Shown piece by piece: positions 1 to 13,200 of a stretch of DNA of 64,000 nt (positions are counted from its first letter, which is position 1; every line of letters starts with the position of its first letter). Position numbers and translations under genes: made by a program. The notes below the pieces were generated by a model that was given only the letters and a program-made list of their open reading frames with translations, was not told the DNA's origin and searched no databases. The DNA lies in contig CAZVVW010000002.1 of the NCBI GenBank assembly GCA_964630685.1, forward strand, positions 25,559-89,558, given 5' to 3'. This stretch comes from an uncultured Methanosarcinales archaeon (lineage in GTDB: Archaea; Nanobdellota; Nanobdellia; Woesearchaeales; BS150m-G63).

Positions 1-247
1 AAAAGGGATAAATCTTGATGATGGAAAAACTAGTTCTGCAAAAATAAAAAGAATGGACCATAATCGTTACGAAATAATAATTCACGAAGGAAAAAACCGA
101 ATTATAAGAAGAATGATGCAAACTTTGGGAGTAGCAATAAAGACTTTAGAGAGAATTAAAGTTGGCGGTTTGGGATTGAAAGGATTGCAAACAGGTAAGT
201 ATAAAGAATTAGTTAAAAAAGAGATTGATTTGATTTTAAAGAATTAA
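1..247 (+). CDS. C-terminal fragment of an RsuA/RluB-family pseudouridine synthase; the ORF is open to the window start
   Basis: Reading frame open from nt 2 with no stop. C-terminal motif HEGKNRIIRRMMQTLGVAIKTLERIKVGGLGL matches the conserved EGRNRqvRRM...G..V..L.R...G tail of RsuA/RluB-family pseudouridine synthases. Confidence 0.55.
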   Translation, partial: KGINLDDGKTSSAKIKRMDHNRYEIIIHEGKNRIIRRMMQTLGVAIKTLERIKVGGLGLKGLQTGKYKELVKKEIDLILKN

Positions 248-252
248 TTTAA

Positions 253-280
253 GTTTATTATTATTATTATTATTATTATT
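253..280. repeat. (ATT)9 trinucleotide microsatellite between convergent gene ends
   Basis: Direct reading: tattattattattattattattatt in the 38-nt spacer between two convergent CDS ends. Confidence 0.9.
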
Positions 281-285
281 AAATA

Positions 286-1005
286 TTACACTTTTCTTAA
301 AAAAGTGAGAAATCCAGTATGTGATATTAAGGGCGTTATTGGTTTAGCTACTTTTTCTTTGAGTGCCCATTCTCTTTCTGCTGTTTCTTTTGTTTTTACA
401 TGAACGAATTTTTCTGTTTTTATTGCTTTATTTGTGAATTCCAATGCTTGAGTTATTTGGGGAGTATAGGCAACAAGAAATCCTCCTTGTTTTAATGCTT
501 TTGTTGAGTGTTTTATTACTTTCCAAGGTTCTGGTAAATCTAAAGTTATTAGGTTTATATTTTTTTCATCTATTCCTTTGTAAATATCTTTTAATTTTAA
601 TTTGATATTTTTAAGAGCTAAATAGTTTATGTTTGTTTTTACTGTTTTAGCAAAATCTTCTCTTAGTTCATACGCTGTTACTGATTTTGTTATATGGGCA
701 AGATAACAAGAGAGTGCACCAGAACCTGCGCCAGCATCCAGTACTTTACTGTCTTTATTGATTCCAGTTTCTGTGATTATTACACCAATATCTTTTAGAG
801 TTATTATCTGAGCATTTCTTTTTATTTTATGATAGATATCAATAAATTCTGGCTTTAAGATAAAGAATTCTTCCCCTTTGTTGGTAGTTATTTTTCCTTT
901 TGTTTTCTTTAACTCTTTAGCTTTGATTAAACCTTGTTTACAGTGGAAATCTTTGTTAGGTTCTTTTATTAAGAATCTTTTAGTGTTTGATAATAGAAGT
1001 TTCAT
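286..1005 (-). CDS. trmI: tRNA (adenine-N1)-methyltransferase, TrmI/Gcd14 family
   Basis: SAM-binding VLDAGAGSGALS motif and the TrmI-typical DLPEPW motif; length 239 aa; ATGA overlap with the upstream AbrB ORF. Confidence 0.75.
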   Translation of the reverse strand: MKLLLSNTKRFLIKEPNKDFHCKQGLIKAKELKKTKGKITTNKGEEFFILKPEFIDIYHKIKRNAQIITLKDIGVIITETGINKDSKVLDAGAGSGALSCYLAHITKSVTAYELREDFAKTVKTNINYLALKNIKLKLKDIYKGIDEKNINLITLDLPEPWKVIKHSTKALKQGGFLVAYTPQITQALEFTNKAIKTEKFVHVKTKETAEREWALKEKVAKPITPLISHTGFLTFLRKV

Positions 1006-1163
1006 TTTTTTAATTTAACCCTTTTTAGTAGAATTCCTTCTTTAGTTACTGAATATATAGCGAATCCTGTTTTTTTGTTTATACCTAACTCTAGTCTAAT
1101 GTTCTTGGGGATCACAATTTGACCCCTCTTATCGCATTGCACTAATGTTGGGTACCTAGCCAT
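1002..1163 (-). CDS. Small AbrB/SpoVT/MazE-type swapped-hairpin DNA-binding protein (53 aa). Not in the ORF track because it is under 60 aa
   Basis: Hand translation of the minus strand gives MARYPTLVQCDKRGQIVIPKNIRLELGINKKTGFAIYSVTKEGILLKRVKLKK. The looped-hinge-helix motif (C/V)D.RGQ.VIPK.IR..L.I is present. The stop TGA overlaps the ATG of trmI. The protein is a paralogue of the 17508..17795 ORF. Confidence 0.6.
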   Translation of the reverse strand: MARYPTLVQCDKRGQIVIPKNIRLELGINKKTGFAIYSVTKEGILLKRVKLKK

Positions 1164-1204
1164 TTTTTATTTTTGTTTGATTTTTTGCGTTTTTTATTGT
1201 TTTT

Positions 1205-1285
1205 TTCTTTTCTGATTTTCAGAATTTTAATCTGAAAGTCAGTTTTGTTTTCTGAAAATCAGGATTATTTTCTGATTTACTGATT
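1205..1285. promoter_or_regulatory. Array of TTCTGA-N3-TCAGAA type palindromes (candidate operator sites) upstream of the small AbrB-trmI pair
   Basis: ttctgattttcagaa, atctgaaagtcag, ttctgaaaatcagga and ttctgatttactga within 80 nt. The same palindrome family recurs at 17819..17942. Confidence 0.5.
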
Positions 1286-1287
1286 CA

Positions 1288-4200
1288 TTATATTACTGAA
1301 TCTATCACCTCTTTTCCCCACCCTACACTCTGTAAGAGTTGTTTAACCTCGTCAGCTGTTTTTCCTTGTGAAAGCTTGTAGTTGATATATGCTTTCAGTT
1401 GTTTAGTGTCTTGATGGGGTTTGTGAACATTGAATAATAGTAAGTCTGTTATGCCCTCTGACCAACCTTGTTCTAAGAGTGATTGCCGTATTTCTTCTAA
1501 GTTGTAACCTTCAGCATAAGAAGAATTGATGTAGTTTTCTACTGTGCTTAGAGTGTCTTTTAATTCTTTTGAACCGTCTAATGCAACATCTAGAACTTCT
1601 TCTGGCCAACCTTTGATGATTAGGGTTTGTTTTATATGATTTTTATTAAAGCCGTTTGCTAATCTTGTGCTGACGTATTTCTTTAAGTCTTTGAATTTGT
1701 CTTCTTCAGAAGGTTGCTCAACTGGTTTTAATTTTGGTTTAGTTTCGGCTGGTTTGATTTCTTGTTTTGATTCTTTGATTGGTTTTTGTTCAGTTATTGG
1801 TGCTGGTCCCTCTACTGGTATTAGTGTTGGTTTAATTTCAGCAGGTTTAATTTCAGGTCTTTTTGGAGGTAATAATTTACCTCTTAATACAAATCCAATT
1901 ATTGCCACTAAAACGACGATTATTGCGATTAAGTAAGGTATTAGATTAAGTGGGATTATACCAAATAATGGTTGTTCTACTTTTGGACATTTTGAACAAG
2001 GTCCACCACAATCTACCCCTTCTTCCCCTTGATTTTGAATATAATCAGAACATGTTGTGCATTTTGAACAAGGTCCACCACAATCTACCCCTTCTTCCCC
2101 TTGATTTTGAATATTGTCAGAACATGTTGCTCTAACAGTACATGCTGAACAAGGTCCACCACAATCTACCCCTTCTTCCCCTTGGTTTTTGATATTATCT
2201 GAACATGTTGCTGTTGAGCAAGCAGTGTAACAAGGTCCACCACAATCTACCCCTGCTTCGTTTTGGTTTTTTATACCATCATAACAGGTTGGTCCTGGAC
2301 ATGCTGCGCAAACACCACCACAATCAATTCCCATTTCATCTTGATTTTTAATTCCGTCAGTACAGGTTTCTATTGTTTCCATCACTGTGCTTCCGCTTAG
2401 TCCATTTCCACCCCCGCCACCACTTGGTTGTGTTGTTCCACTACTAATCGTTATAGTAATTGTTTCTGATTGTGTTACTGTTTGTTCATATAAGTCTGTT
2501 ATTGTGAGAGTTACTGTATAGTTTCCTGATGAGCTGTAAGTATTAGAATCAGTGAAAGATTCTGATGGATTGCTTGAATTAGTCCCTTCTGAAGTTGTTC
2601 CTTCTCCCCAATTTATTGTCCAAGTGATATTATCTGGGAAAGAATAATTTAAGTTGGAATCATTATATCTGAAAGATAAAATGTAGGTGTTATTTTGACT
2701 TTCACTTTCAGTTAAACTAAAGTAAGTAATTATTGGAGGATAATTAGTTATATTTGCTAAAGGTGTTGTTCCGTTGTTTGTTGTGTTCCAGAGTTCTTCA
2801 TCATCTGAGTTATAAACAGCACCACTATTAAGGAAATCATTAGTTACATTTGCATATCTTAAGATTAGATTACTAATTGTTGATAGATCAACTGAGCTAT
2901 AATATAAATCAGAATTATCTATTTCTGAGTTTGTTACATTGGAATTATTTATGTTTGAATCTGTTACATTTGAATCTATAATTCTTGAACTTCCAGTTAC
3001 ATTTGAATTAGTAACATTTGATGGATCAATAAATGCGCCATCAACATATGTATCTGTTAAGGTTACATGAATTATATCTGAATTAAGTACTGTTGTTCTT
3101 ATTAATGTTGAATCATTTATTGTCGAGTTGAAAACTGTGCTGTCGTTTATGATTATGCTTTCATCTATTGTTGAAAGATTTATGAAGGATTCATTTATGG
3201 TTGTTAGGTTGGTATCTTCTTTGTAGATAGTCGAATCATAAATTTCTGCTAAGTATATTGTTGTTAAATCTGTTCCATCACTGCCATAAGAATCATTGTA
3301 ATCTGTTTCATCTATTGTGGTGTTATATATTCTGTTTAGATATACATTCAAAGCTATGTTGTTGCTTGAATTCCAATATTCTCCATCTGTAACATTGAAA
3401 GATATTTTTTCTTCACCATTCCAACCTGTTGGTTGAGTAAATGTTACAATACTTCCATTTATTGATGCTTTTATTTTATAGTTTGCTGTTAAGTAGATTT
3501 CATAATAAGTTAATTCATCATCTTCTATATCATGGAAGTAATTACTTAAGTCTAAAGTGTGTGAGTTATCCATCCACCAGCTTTGGTTTTCAATTGTTTC
3601 ATTGCCAAAAACTTTTCTTGGAGCGTCATTTACTGGCGTTACATATAAGTTCAGTAGATTGCTTGCTATTTTAGTGAAAGAATCATTTACAAAGAATCTT
3701 ATTCTTTGATATCCAAACCAATCTGTGAATGGAGAGAATGTTGTTGTGACATTATTTGAATCACTTTCATTTATTGTGGTGTTTATCTCTCCATCTGTTG
3801 TGTAAGTTCCGTTTAAGTATATTGTACTATTGTTGTTGTAATCATTCAATAAATCAGTATCGCTTCTTGCATAATCATAGATTGCTAATTCATCTATGTA
3901 TGCATTAGCTTGTTCTGTTTGAGCACCATTTGAACCAATGTAGATTGTTAAATCATTGAAAGTTGTGTTGTCTATATCTGCTAATTCTTCTGAAGTTGTT
4001 CTGTTATCTGTTGTTATTTCATTATTAATTGTTAATGAGATTGTGTCTTCATCCCATCTAGCAGCCACAAAAGTCCATTCTTGATTGTTTAAGTTTGTAA
4101 TGTTTATTTCTGCTTTATCTTCCCTTTCCCTGATTCCAAATACGAATTTGTTGTCTTTTCTTCCTAACCAGAATAAGTCATCTACAGCATCAATTCCTTC

Positions 4201-7200
4201 TTCTGTTTCATTTGATGTGAACCCAAGGACATCATTTGCACTTTCATCGCCTATAAAGATTGTTGCAGATGAACCATCAGTAGTTGTGGTTAAGTTGAAT
4301 GTTGTGTTATCTGCTGTTGCCAGTCCAGGTATTTCTGTGTTTATGGTTTCTACAACTTTATCTACTGTTAAATTTCCTGCACTGAATGAGATGTTGTAAG
4401 AATCTCCGCTAATGGTTATTTCTAATAAAGTGTTATCTGTTGTTGCATCAGCGCCAGTATAAATTTGATTTGTGAATCCCAATAATTCGTTTGCTGTTCC
4501 ATTTAATATTTGGATGAATTTGGTAGAGCCAGTTTCTATTGTTTCTAATTTAATTGAATTATTGGTTGATGTGGATACATTAACTATTTCATTATCTAGA
4601 TTCATATCTAATAATGTTTTTACATCCTCAGCTGTTAGATTCCTATAATCTGTTTTTTCTGTTACTGTAAATGTTCCATTTACTTCTGGATGGAGGGTGA
4701 AAGAGTAATTATAAACTCCTGCTGTTGGGAATAGATGGGTGAAAGATTCTCCATAACTTAAGTCTTCTGTGGATAGATTTTCTGGTCCTGTAAAGCTTAT
4801 ATTATATGTAGCATCATCTAGATTTGTGAAAGTAGTTATGGTTCCTGCTTCTATGGTTGAAGGAAGATTTGTAAGGGCAAGATTTTGAATGAGTACTATC
4901 CGTATTAATGGGTTTTCACTTAGGTTTATTTCTGAGTATTCTCCACTTATATTTACTTTGAACAAATTATTTTCTGGAGTTACACTAAATGGTTCTTGTG
5001 CTGTTCCTGTTATTTCTGAGGGTGTTGCATTTGCTGTTATTGTAAAAATATAAGGGGATTCTCCTGAAGTGAGTACTGCAGGGGTTGCGTCTTCTATCGC
5101 TTCATCTAATCTGATGTCAAAGAATACTGCATCTTCATTTAGTGTTTCTGAGCCATTCCATGTTGGTTTTATGAACATCTCAATTGTTCCTTCTTCTTTG
5201 TTGAAGTTATTTCTAGTTACATTGTACTGAGAGGTTATTGGATAAGTTAATTTTCCAGGTAATCTATGTTCAGCAAGGAATGTGCTTGCATATTCTTTTT
5301 GTTCGAATTGCACCTTATCAATTTTGACCCATGTAGAATTACTGTCGGAATCTATAACGATTTGTGCATAAGCAGATTCTTGTGGGGATGTTAGGGTAAG
5401 AATTCTTCTGCTTGTGCTTTCGTTTATATCAGGCGTTGAAGTTATTGCTATAATACCGCTACAGTTCTGACTGCTTTCACAGTCAAGAGTTGAGCCAAGG
5501 TAAGAAATTGTTTTATTTGTTGTTTCATCAGTTGGGTACAATTCATTGAACCAGTTTATATGCAAGCGACCATTCCCTTGAGTAGAATTAGTAGCCATAT
5601 ATTGGCTTAATGTGTAATTTGTGTTTTCTGTCACTGTTATAAGTTGAGAATAATAATTATGTTCGTTAACTGTTACATATTCTGGGGGGGCATTGTGAGT
5701 GTATACAGGGTAACTGTGTCTTACCCAATCTTGGGGGGTTGTTACGTGTTCTGCATCTTCTGTGCTTTCATTGAAATCTCCATTTAATAGCAAGTTTTCT
5801 ATTTCTGATTGGATTAGGATGCTGTTATTGTTGATTCCGTTTTCTTGATTTATGTTTTCATATGATCCATTATTGAAATCAATTATTTCTGTTAGATTGT
5901 TTAATGAATCATAAAGCAATAATCCTTTTGGATACATAGTGTAAGTGTGAGTTAGATTATCATCTGCATCTGAGAAATAATCAGATAGTGTTAGATTTGT
6001 GTAATCAGTATCTTCTGGCCAGGATATGTCTGCTATGGTGCTATTGAATACTGGTGTTTCTGATGCTACTGTGAAGCTGAACCAGTATGTTTCGTTTGTT
6101 GAACTGTTTGATGTATCTCGCATATTTCCAGCTAGATCGTAAGATATTGATTTCCAATAGATAGTTTCTGTTTTGTTGGTTTCATTTTCTGGAATTGTTC
6201 CAAAGAAAGTGTCATCTAAGAATTCAAGTGTTTCTGAGGATAAGTTCATTTCTTGATGTACATCTGAATTCGAGGTGTTATATGTCCAGATTATGGTTGT
6301 TCTATCTTTGTCTATATTGTTTTCATTTGCATCCCAGATGAACATATTGTTTAACCAATCTATGCTCAAGGTTACATTATCATCATTGTAAACCGTTGAA
6401 GAGTTGGAAGAGGTTGTGATTTTTTGATTAGCATATTCTGGTGCTGTTTTATCTACAACAAACCAAGTTTCTAGTAGCACTGTATTGTTTAAAGTATCTG
6501 TTACATTGAAAACTACATCATATCTTCCATCTGTCCAATCTGGAGTGTTTAATGGAATTGAGTGGTTCCACCAGAATGTTTCAGAAGTGTTTTCTGTTGA
6601 ATTTGTTTTTATTATTGTTCCGGTTTTGTAAATGTTATAACTTAAATTTACAGAATAATTTAATGGGCTTCCAAATGTTGTGTTTGTGCTGTTTACAAAT
6701 GAGTCCATAATTAAATTACTATTGTTGTTTAACCATTGTGCTCTGAATTCCCATTCATCTGGATCTACAACTATGTATGGTGCTAATAAGTCAAGTGCAA
6801 AGTTTCTTGTTGAATTTCCTGAGTTTCCCAAAGAATCATTAGCTGTGATTACTATACTGTAATTTCCACTTGTGAATCCTGTAGGGATCCAAGAAGCATA
6901 ATATTGATTGTTTAAAGATATTAGGAATCCACTTGCAATTGTTTCATTGCTTGAGTTTAATATTTCATAAGTAGGATAATCTACCACTTGATTGAGTGTG
7001 TCTGTTATGTTTGCCCAGAATTCAACTAATATCCCAACTGATTGATCTTCTGTTGGGGAAGTTATATCTATTGTTGGAGATGTTTGGTCTACTTTAAAGG
7101 TTAGATTTATTGATTCTGTGCAGTTGTTGGTGAAACTGCTATTATCACATGATTTTATGTACCAAGTGTAGTTGTTATCTGAATAATCTGTTAAGTTGAT

Positions 7201-10200
7201 TGTGATATTTGAATCTGATGTTTCATTGCTTGATTCTAAAATCTCTGAGGAGTTGTAGATATATAAAGTGTAATTTATTCCATCTTCATCTGCATCTGTT
7301 GAGTCAGTCCAATCAAAGTCTATTGAATCTGTGTGCCATGTATTATTTATTGGAGCTATTTGTGTAGCTGTTGTTGGGATGGAATTGTTTATGTATACTG
7401 TTGAATTGAAATTTGAGTGGTTACTTTGTATAAATCCTGATGAAAGTCCAGTTGTATCTGTAATATTTACTTCACAAATGATATTATCTCCTGCAGAACC
7501 GTTTACAGATAAGTCTAAGTAATCTGTTGTTTGTCCAGTTATTTCTGTTCCATCTATGTACCATTTGTATTGTGTTAGTGAATCATCTACTGTTCCATTT
7601 CCATCTAAATCTGAGCTAATATAATTACAGAATAAGACATCATTTGTTAGTGCATAAGCTGGATTTGTTAGGTTTCTTTCATTAGCTGATGAAGTGTATA
7701 TGGCAATATCTATTGTTAGGTTGTCAACTACAGGTTCATCTGGCCAGTTGACTGTGAAATTGATTTCTGTATTTTCATCTCTACTCTGTTCGTTAGGTAT
7801 CTCTCTATCATCTTGACAGATGATGTAATAAGTGTGATTTCCTTGTGTTAAAGGTTCATCATCTTCATCTGTGATGTTACATGTTAAATTTATTCCTATT
7901 ATTTCAGTGGTTGCATTACAATATTTATCCCCTTTAGTTGAGTCTCTGTCTGCATAATCTTGGTCGTATAAAGAATAATAACAGGTTGAGTTTTCATCAG
8001 CTGTTATATTGATTAAAGTTATATCATCTTCATTAGTGTCTAACCAGCCATCTGATGAATCAGTGTCATTTGCCACTGAATTTATTTCTATTGTTGGAGG
8101 TGTTTGATCATAATAAGTTGTACCAAAGCTTGAGATTGGTGTACTCATTTTACCTATAGTATTAACTGCTGCTATAGTGAAATAATATGATGCTTGGTGG
8201 GTTAATTCATTTGCTTCAAATTCTAATGAATGGGTTAATGTATTTCCTGCGTTGAGCCATTGAGCTTGAGTGTCGTTCCATCCTGATTCATTGTATTCTG
8301 CTGTTCCTGCTGCGATTACATAATAGGAAATATCATATTTGTCATCTGAACTTCCTGTCCAACTTATTGGAATTGTTGGAGAGAAAGAATACAATGGGGC
8401 TGTAACATTTACAGCTGTGGGACCTGTCCCCACATCATAAGGTGGAAAATATTTCATTGCTTGAGTGGTTTTAACATCACTCCAAAGACTCCAATTATAG
8501 ATTTGATATCTTACATTTGCTACATAAATTGTGTGAGGTGTTAGGGTTAGGTTTTCATCTTCATTAGTGTAAAGACTTAGGTTAGTCCATGAACTGGATA
8601 TATTGGAATAACTGATGTAGTCTTCATCAGTGCCGAAACTAGTTAAGTTTCTCCAACCTGTTATTGAGTTCCATCCAGTGTTTGGATAAACTGCTGTACC
8701 TATTGTATATTGTAATGTTCCGTTTGAAGATATGTTTTGGGGTATACTTACATTGAAAGTTAAATTAGTGTTATTGAATTCTGGAGTTGTTCTTACTACA
8801 GTGAATTCTTCTGATGGTGCTGGTGAACTGTTTATCCAATAGTTTGATTTGGTTGTGCTGAAAGTATTCTCTGCACTATCATTAATATTGAATGTTAGAT
8901 TATATGTACCACTTGTTAGATTGAGCACCACTTGACAATCATAATTTGTTGATGATGTAGGTGTACAACTGATATTATCTCCCAGATTGCTCCATTCTGT
9001 TGTGTTGTATGAAGTGTCTGAGGTTACGTGTGTTTTGTTTTGTGTTCCGGTTATGTTTAACAGTAAGGTTGGTAAGTTTATTCCATAATTATCAGTTAAG
9101 TTGAAAGAGATTGTTGGAGTTGTTGATGTTTCATAATTAGGAATATCATTTATGCCTATTGCTGGGTTTTCATTATCACTAAAGGTTTCTTCTGCTGAAG
9201 TCCAATCACCTGTTAAGTTATACCCCCCTTCTATTGTTTTTATTGCTCTTGCTTTTATTGTATTGTCATCAGCATGTAAATTTAAAGTAAAATTAAACCA
9301 TCCTTGTGGTTCTGATGAATTGTAAGCATACACAATAGTTCCTGTGGGTACTGTTTGATTTAGGACTGGTGAGATGTTTATTCTGTATGATTCATCAGGT
9401 ATAATTTCTTGGTGTTCTGTTATTTGATATCTTAGGAAATCTTCTTTATCATGGTTTGCGAATTCTATGTAATTAGTTGTATTGAAATGAGTGTGGTTTG
9501 CATTATTGATTACTACAAAAGAGCTGTTTGTTTCAAATGTATCTATAACAGCTGAAGTGCCTTTGAGTGTTGAGGTTGATAATGTTGTTGTGCTATTATC
9601 TTTTGGATTTGCATATCCTTGCCAGGCATAAGCTTGGATAGTTATGTTGTTTACATTATCTTCTGGTAAATAACCTGTTATTTGTGCATTGTTGTTGTTT
9701 AGTGCATCCAGTGGCCAGAGTGTAGGGGTTGTTGGAGCAGGAATTACTGTTGTGTTTGATGCGTTTTTGAAATCAGTGTCTGTTAATTCCCATTGATCCC
9801 CTACTAATACTCTACATCTGATTACTTCTCCCCCTGTAAATGCCATTGTTAGATTTCTTGAAGTTTCACTTAATTGAGTCCAGTTGCTGTTTAGGTATTC
9901 ATACCATTCGAAGAAAGAATATATGTCGCTCTGTGCGTTAGTTATTTCGGAATCATTTCTATCTGTTGTGAATGTGCTTTCGTGATATGTGAAATTACAA
10001 TGAAGAGTTTCTTCATCTATTTGTATTGTTAATGGGGTGGTTGCGTTTGGTTTGTGATTTACTGCGAAAGAATCGTTATCATAATTTGAAACTTGGCCAT
10101 CACTGTCTACTATCTGTATCGAGTAGTTTGAAGTAGATAAATCTGTTTCAGTTGTGGTGTATGTTAGTGTTATTGGATTTGTGGTTTGAGCATATGCTTG

Positions 10201-13200
10201 AATGTATGCATTTATACATCCACCATTTTCATATCTTCCTTGTTCATCACAGATATAAACTGTTACATTTTCTCCAAAAGGTTGGTCTGCGTCTGTCCAA
10301 GAGATGCTGAAAGTTACTTCTTCACCCACATTTGTGGGATTTGTAGAATTAGAATCTACCATTACTTCAGTTATATTTGGTGTTGTGCCACTTACTTCAT
10401 AATCATAAATATATCTGGGTTCTGAGAACACTTCTTCTCCATAGTTTGTGTCATCATAAGGAGTTAGTCCACATTTCCAGTAATCTCCTGCTAAAGTTTC
10501 TTCATGAGTTAATATTGAACCTGTTGTTACTGCCCATTCAAAATAACCAGAACCTTGGTCAACATACCACCTGTAGGTGATACTTGTGTTATTAAACATT
10601 TCATTATCACTATCTAAATCAGTTAAATTTGTGTAACTACAATTTAAGGTTTCATTATCTAAAGGATAAATGTCTGCAGGTGTGGAGTTATAAACTGTTA
10701 AGTTAGCACTATCTAAAGTTGGAAGATGATTGATGTAAATATTGTTGTTTTGTGCTAAGGAGTTATAATTATTGCTTCTTTCTGTTGAGTCATAGATGTA
10801 CACATAGTAAGATTGGTTTGTGATGTTATTGTTTAGATTTTCACTATCATAAGTGCAAGTGTATGGTGAAGTGCTTGTAGAGGATAATGTACAGAAAGCA
10901 GTATCAAGACATCCTTCTCTGTTGTGATTGGTTGAGTTACAGATAAATAATTCTACTGTTTCTCCGATATTTGAGTCATACCAGTTTACTGTGAAATTGA
11001 TGTTTGCTTCATATACTAATGGAGCTGTTGAATTAGTGTTTAATGCTACACTTGTTATTTCTGGGGTGATTTCTCCTATAGGTATTTCAGAGGAGATGTT
11101 TTCTGTGCTGTTTACATAACCATCAGATACAATAACTCCACATTTCCATGATTCTCCTTCTGCTGTGTGGTCTGAAGAAAGATTTTGAACTGAAGTGTCT
11201 GCGTCTATATTTTGCCAAGTTCCATTGTTGTATTTATACCAGAAGAAATATTGATCCTCTTCTCCTGCGTAATTGGATGCATTAGTGTTATCACCAGAAA
11301 GATTGAAATCTGCATCTGAGAATGTGTAATTACAATTCAAAGTTTCATTTGTGTTAAAGAAAGTTCCTCCAGAGGAATTTATTATTGAAGTGTTTTGTGC
11401 TGTCGGAACATGGTTTACAGAGAAAGTGCTTACATTTGCAGATGAACATAGGTTTGAATCATCACATATCATTACTGTGAAGTTTACTGTGCCATTATCT
11501 GTTGATTGTACTGTGTATGAAGCGTAAATTGGATTATCTGAAGTGAAATCCACTTCAGTGAAACCTTCATATTCACAACCAGCGTTTTCTATGATGCTGT
11601 CATTTTTACATACATAAGCTTCAACCAATTCTCCAAATGGTTGATCTGCATCTGTCCAATTTATTGCAAATGTCACAACATCTCCGACATTTGTTGGCTC
11701 TGTTGCTGTTGAGCTAGAATCTAGTGAAAGTATTTTTGGAGTTTCATTTACACCATACTGTGTAACTGTAACATTATCTGAGTCTACAGGAACACTGCAA
11801 GTGTAGTTATCACATGTTGTTACTGTACATTTCCATCTTTGACCTAATGATGTTTCTCCACTTACCAGTGTTTCATTGTTGGGATAATCATTTAGAAGTT
11901 GAAATCCTGAACCTTGGTCATAATACCAAGAGTAGTTGTAAGTGAGTGTTGCGTTTTCTGCATCATTTGCTGTGGCGCTACATTCAAGATTATTTGAAGG
12001 CTGAGGTGATGTTGGTGTTAAGTTTACTTCGGTAACTTCTGGTTTTCTGTTTAGATGAATTGTTCCTGTTTCAGTGTCTGAGTTTTCATCTTCATCATAA
12101 ATCCTCATAGTGTAATTGAATTGGGTGGTGTTTGCTGATGCTGTTGTCAATGTTGAGCTGTTGAATTCACAAGTTATAGGATCTGTTGTTGTAAAAGTTG
12201 TTGTGCAGTATTCTGTATTGGAACAGCCAGCAGAAGTTATACTAGAATCATTACAGATGAATAAAGTTACTTGAGCATCATTCCATTGTTCTGGGTCTGA
12301 CCAGTCAACTGTGAAGGTGATGTTTTCATTGAAAGTAATTGGTTCGCTTGAATTTGATCCTTGATATGTTGTTGATTGGATTGTTGGTGCATGACTTTCT
12401 ACAATTCCTTCAGCAGAAACTGCTGTGCTGTTTGCATAACCATCGTTTACTATTACTTCACATTTCCATTCATCTCCGTAAGAAGTGTAATCTGTGCTTA
12501 TTGTTTGTGTACTGAAGTCTTGTTTAACCCATACTCCCTGTACTTTTTTATACCAAGAGAAGTATTGGTCTGATTCAGTGTGGTAATCTGAAGAGTTGTT
12601 TCCTCCACCTGAAACATTATGATCTCCATCATCAAAAGTGTAATTACAACTTAAATCATCTGTTTCATTGATATAAGCACCCCCATTTATACTGACAGTT
12701 TCTGCTGTAGGGATATGATTTACAGAGAAATTGTAAGGTCCTTCAGCAGATGAACAATCATAATTTTCATTACAAACCATTGTGTAATAATTTAGGACGT
12801 GGTTAGTGTTATCTCCATAATCTTCATCTTCTGCTGTGTAGGTTATTGTTAATGGATTGTCTGTTGTCCATCCACTGTAACTGAATTGTTTTGAGCCAGC
12901 AGCACATCCTGTTTGAAGAATGTTTGAGCTGTTACAAATATAAGCCATTGCTGAAGTTGTGTTTGGACTTGCCCAAGATATTATGAAAGTGATATCTTCT
13001 CCAACGTTTGTTGGGTATGTTGCATTAGAATTATCTGTTGCATTTACTACGCTAGTTTCAGTTTCTGTTCCGGTTGATTCTGAAATGGTTATGTCGTCAG
13101 ATGTTTTTGATGTTCCATCTGAATATCCATCATTTGGTATGATTTCACATTTCCATTGATCGCCAAGTTCTGTTGCGCTGAAGCTTAATAAATTTGAAGT

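Noticed and set aside
1002-1163. AbrB-trmI as a toxin-antitoxin pair (MazE-like antitoxin with a methyltransferase toxin)
   Set aside because: TrmI is a housekeeping tRNA m1A methyltransferase with intact motifs. The same AbrB paralogue type is also coupled to a structural surface protein. Both have operator-like arrays. A transcriptional regulator role fits better than an antitoxin role.
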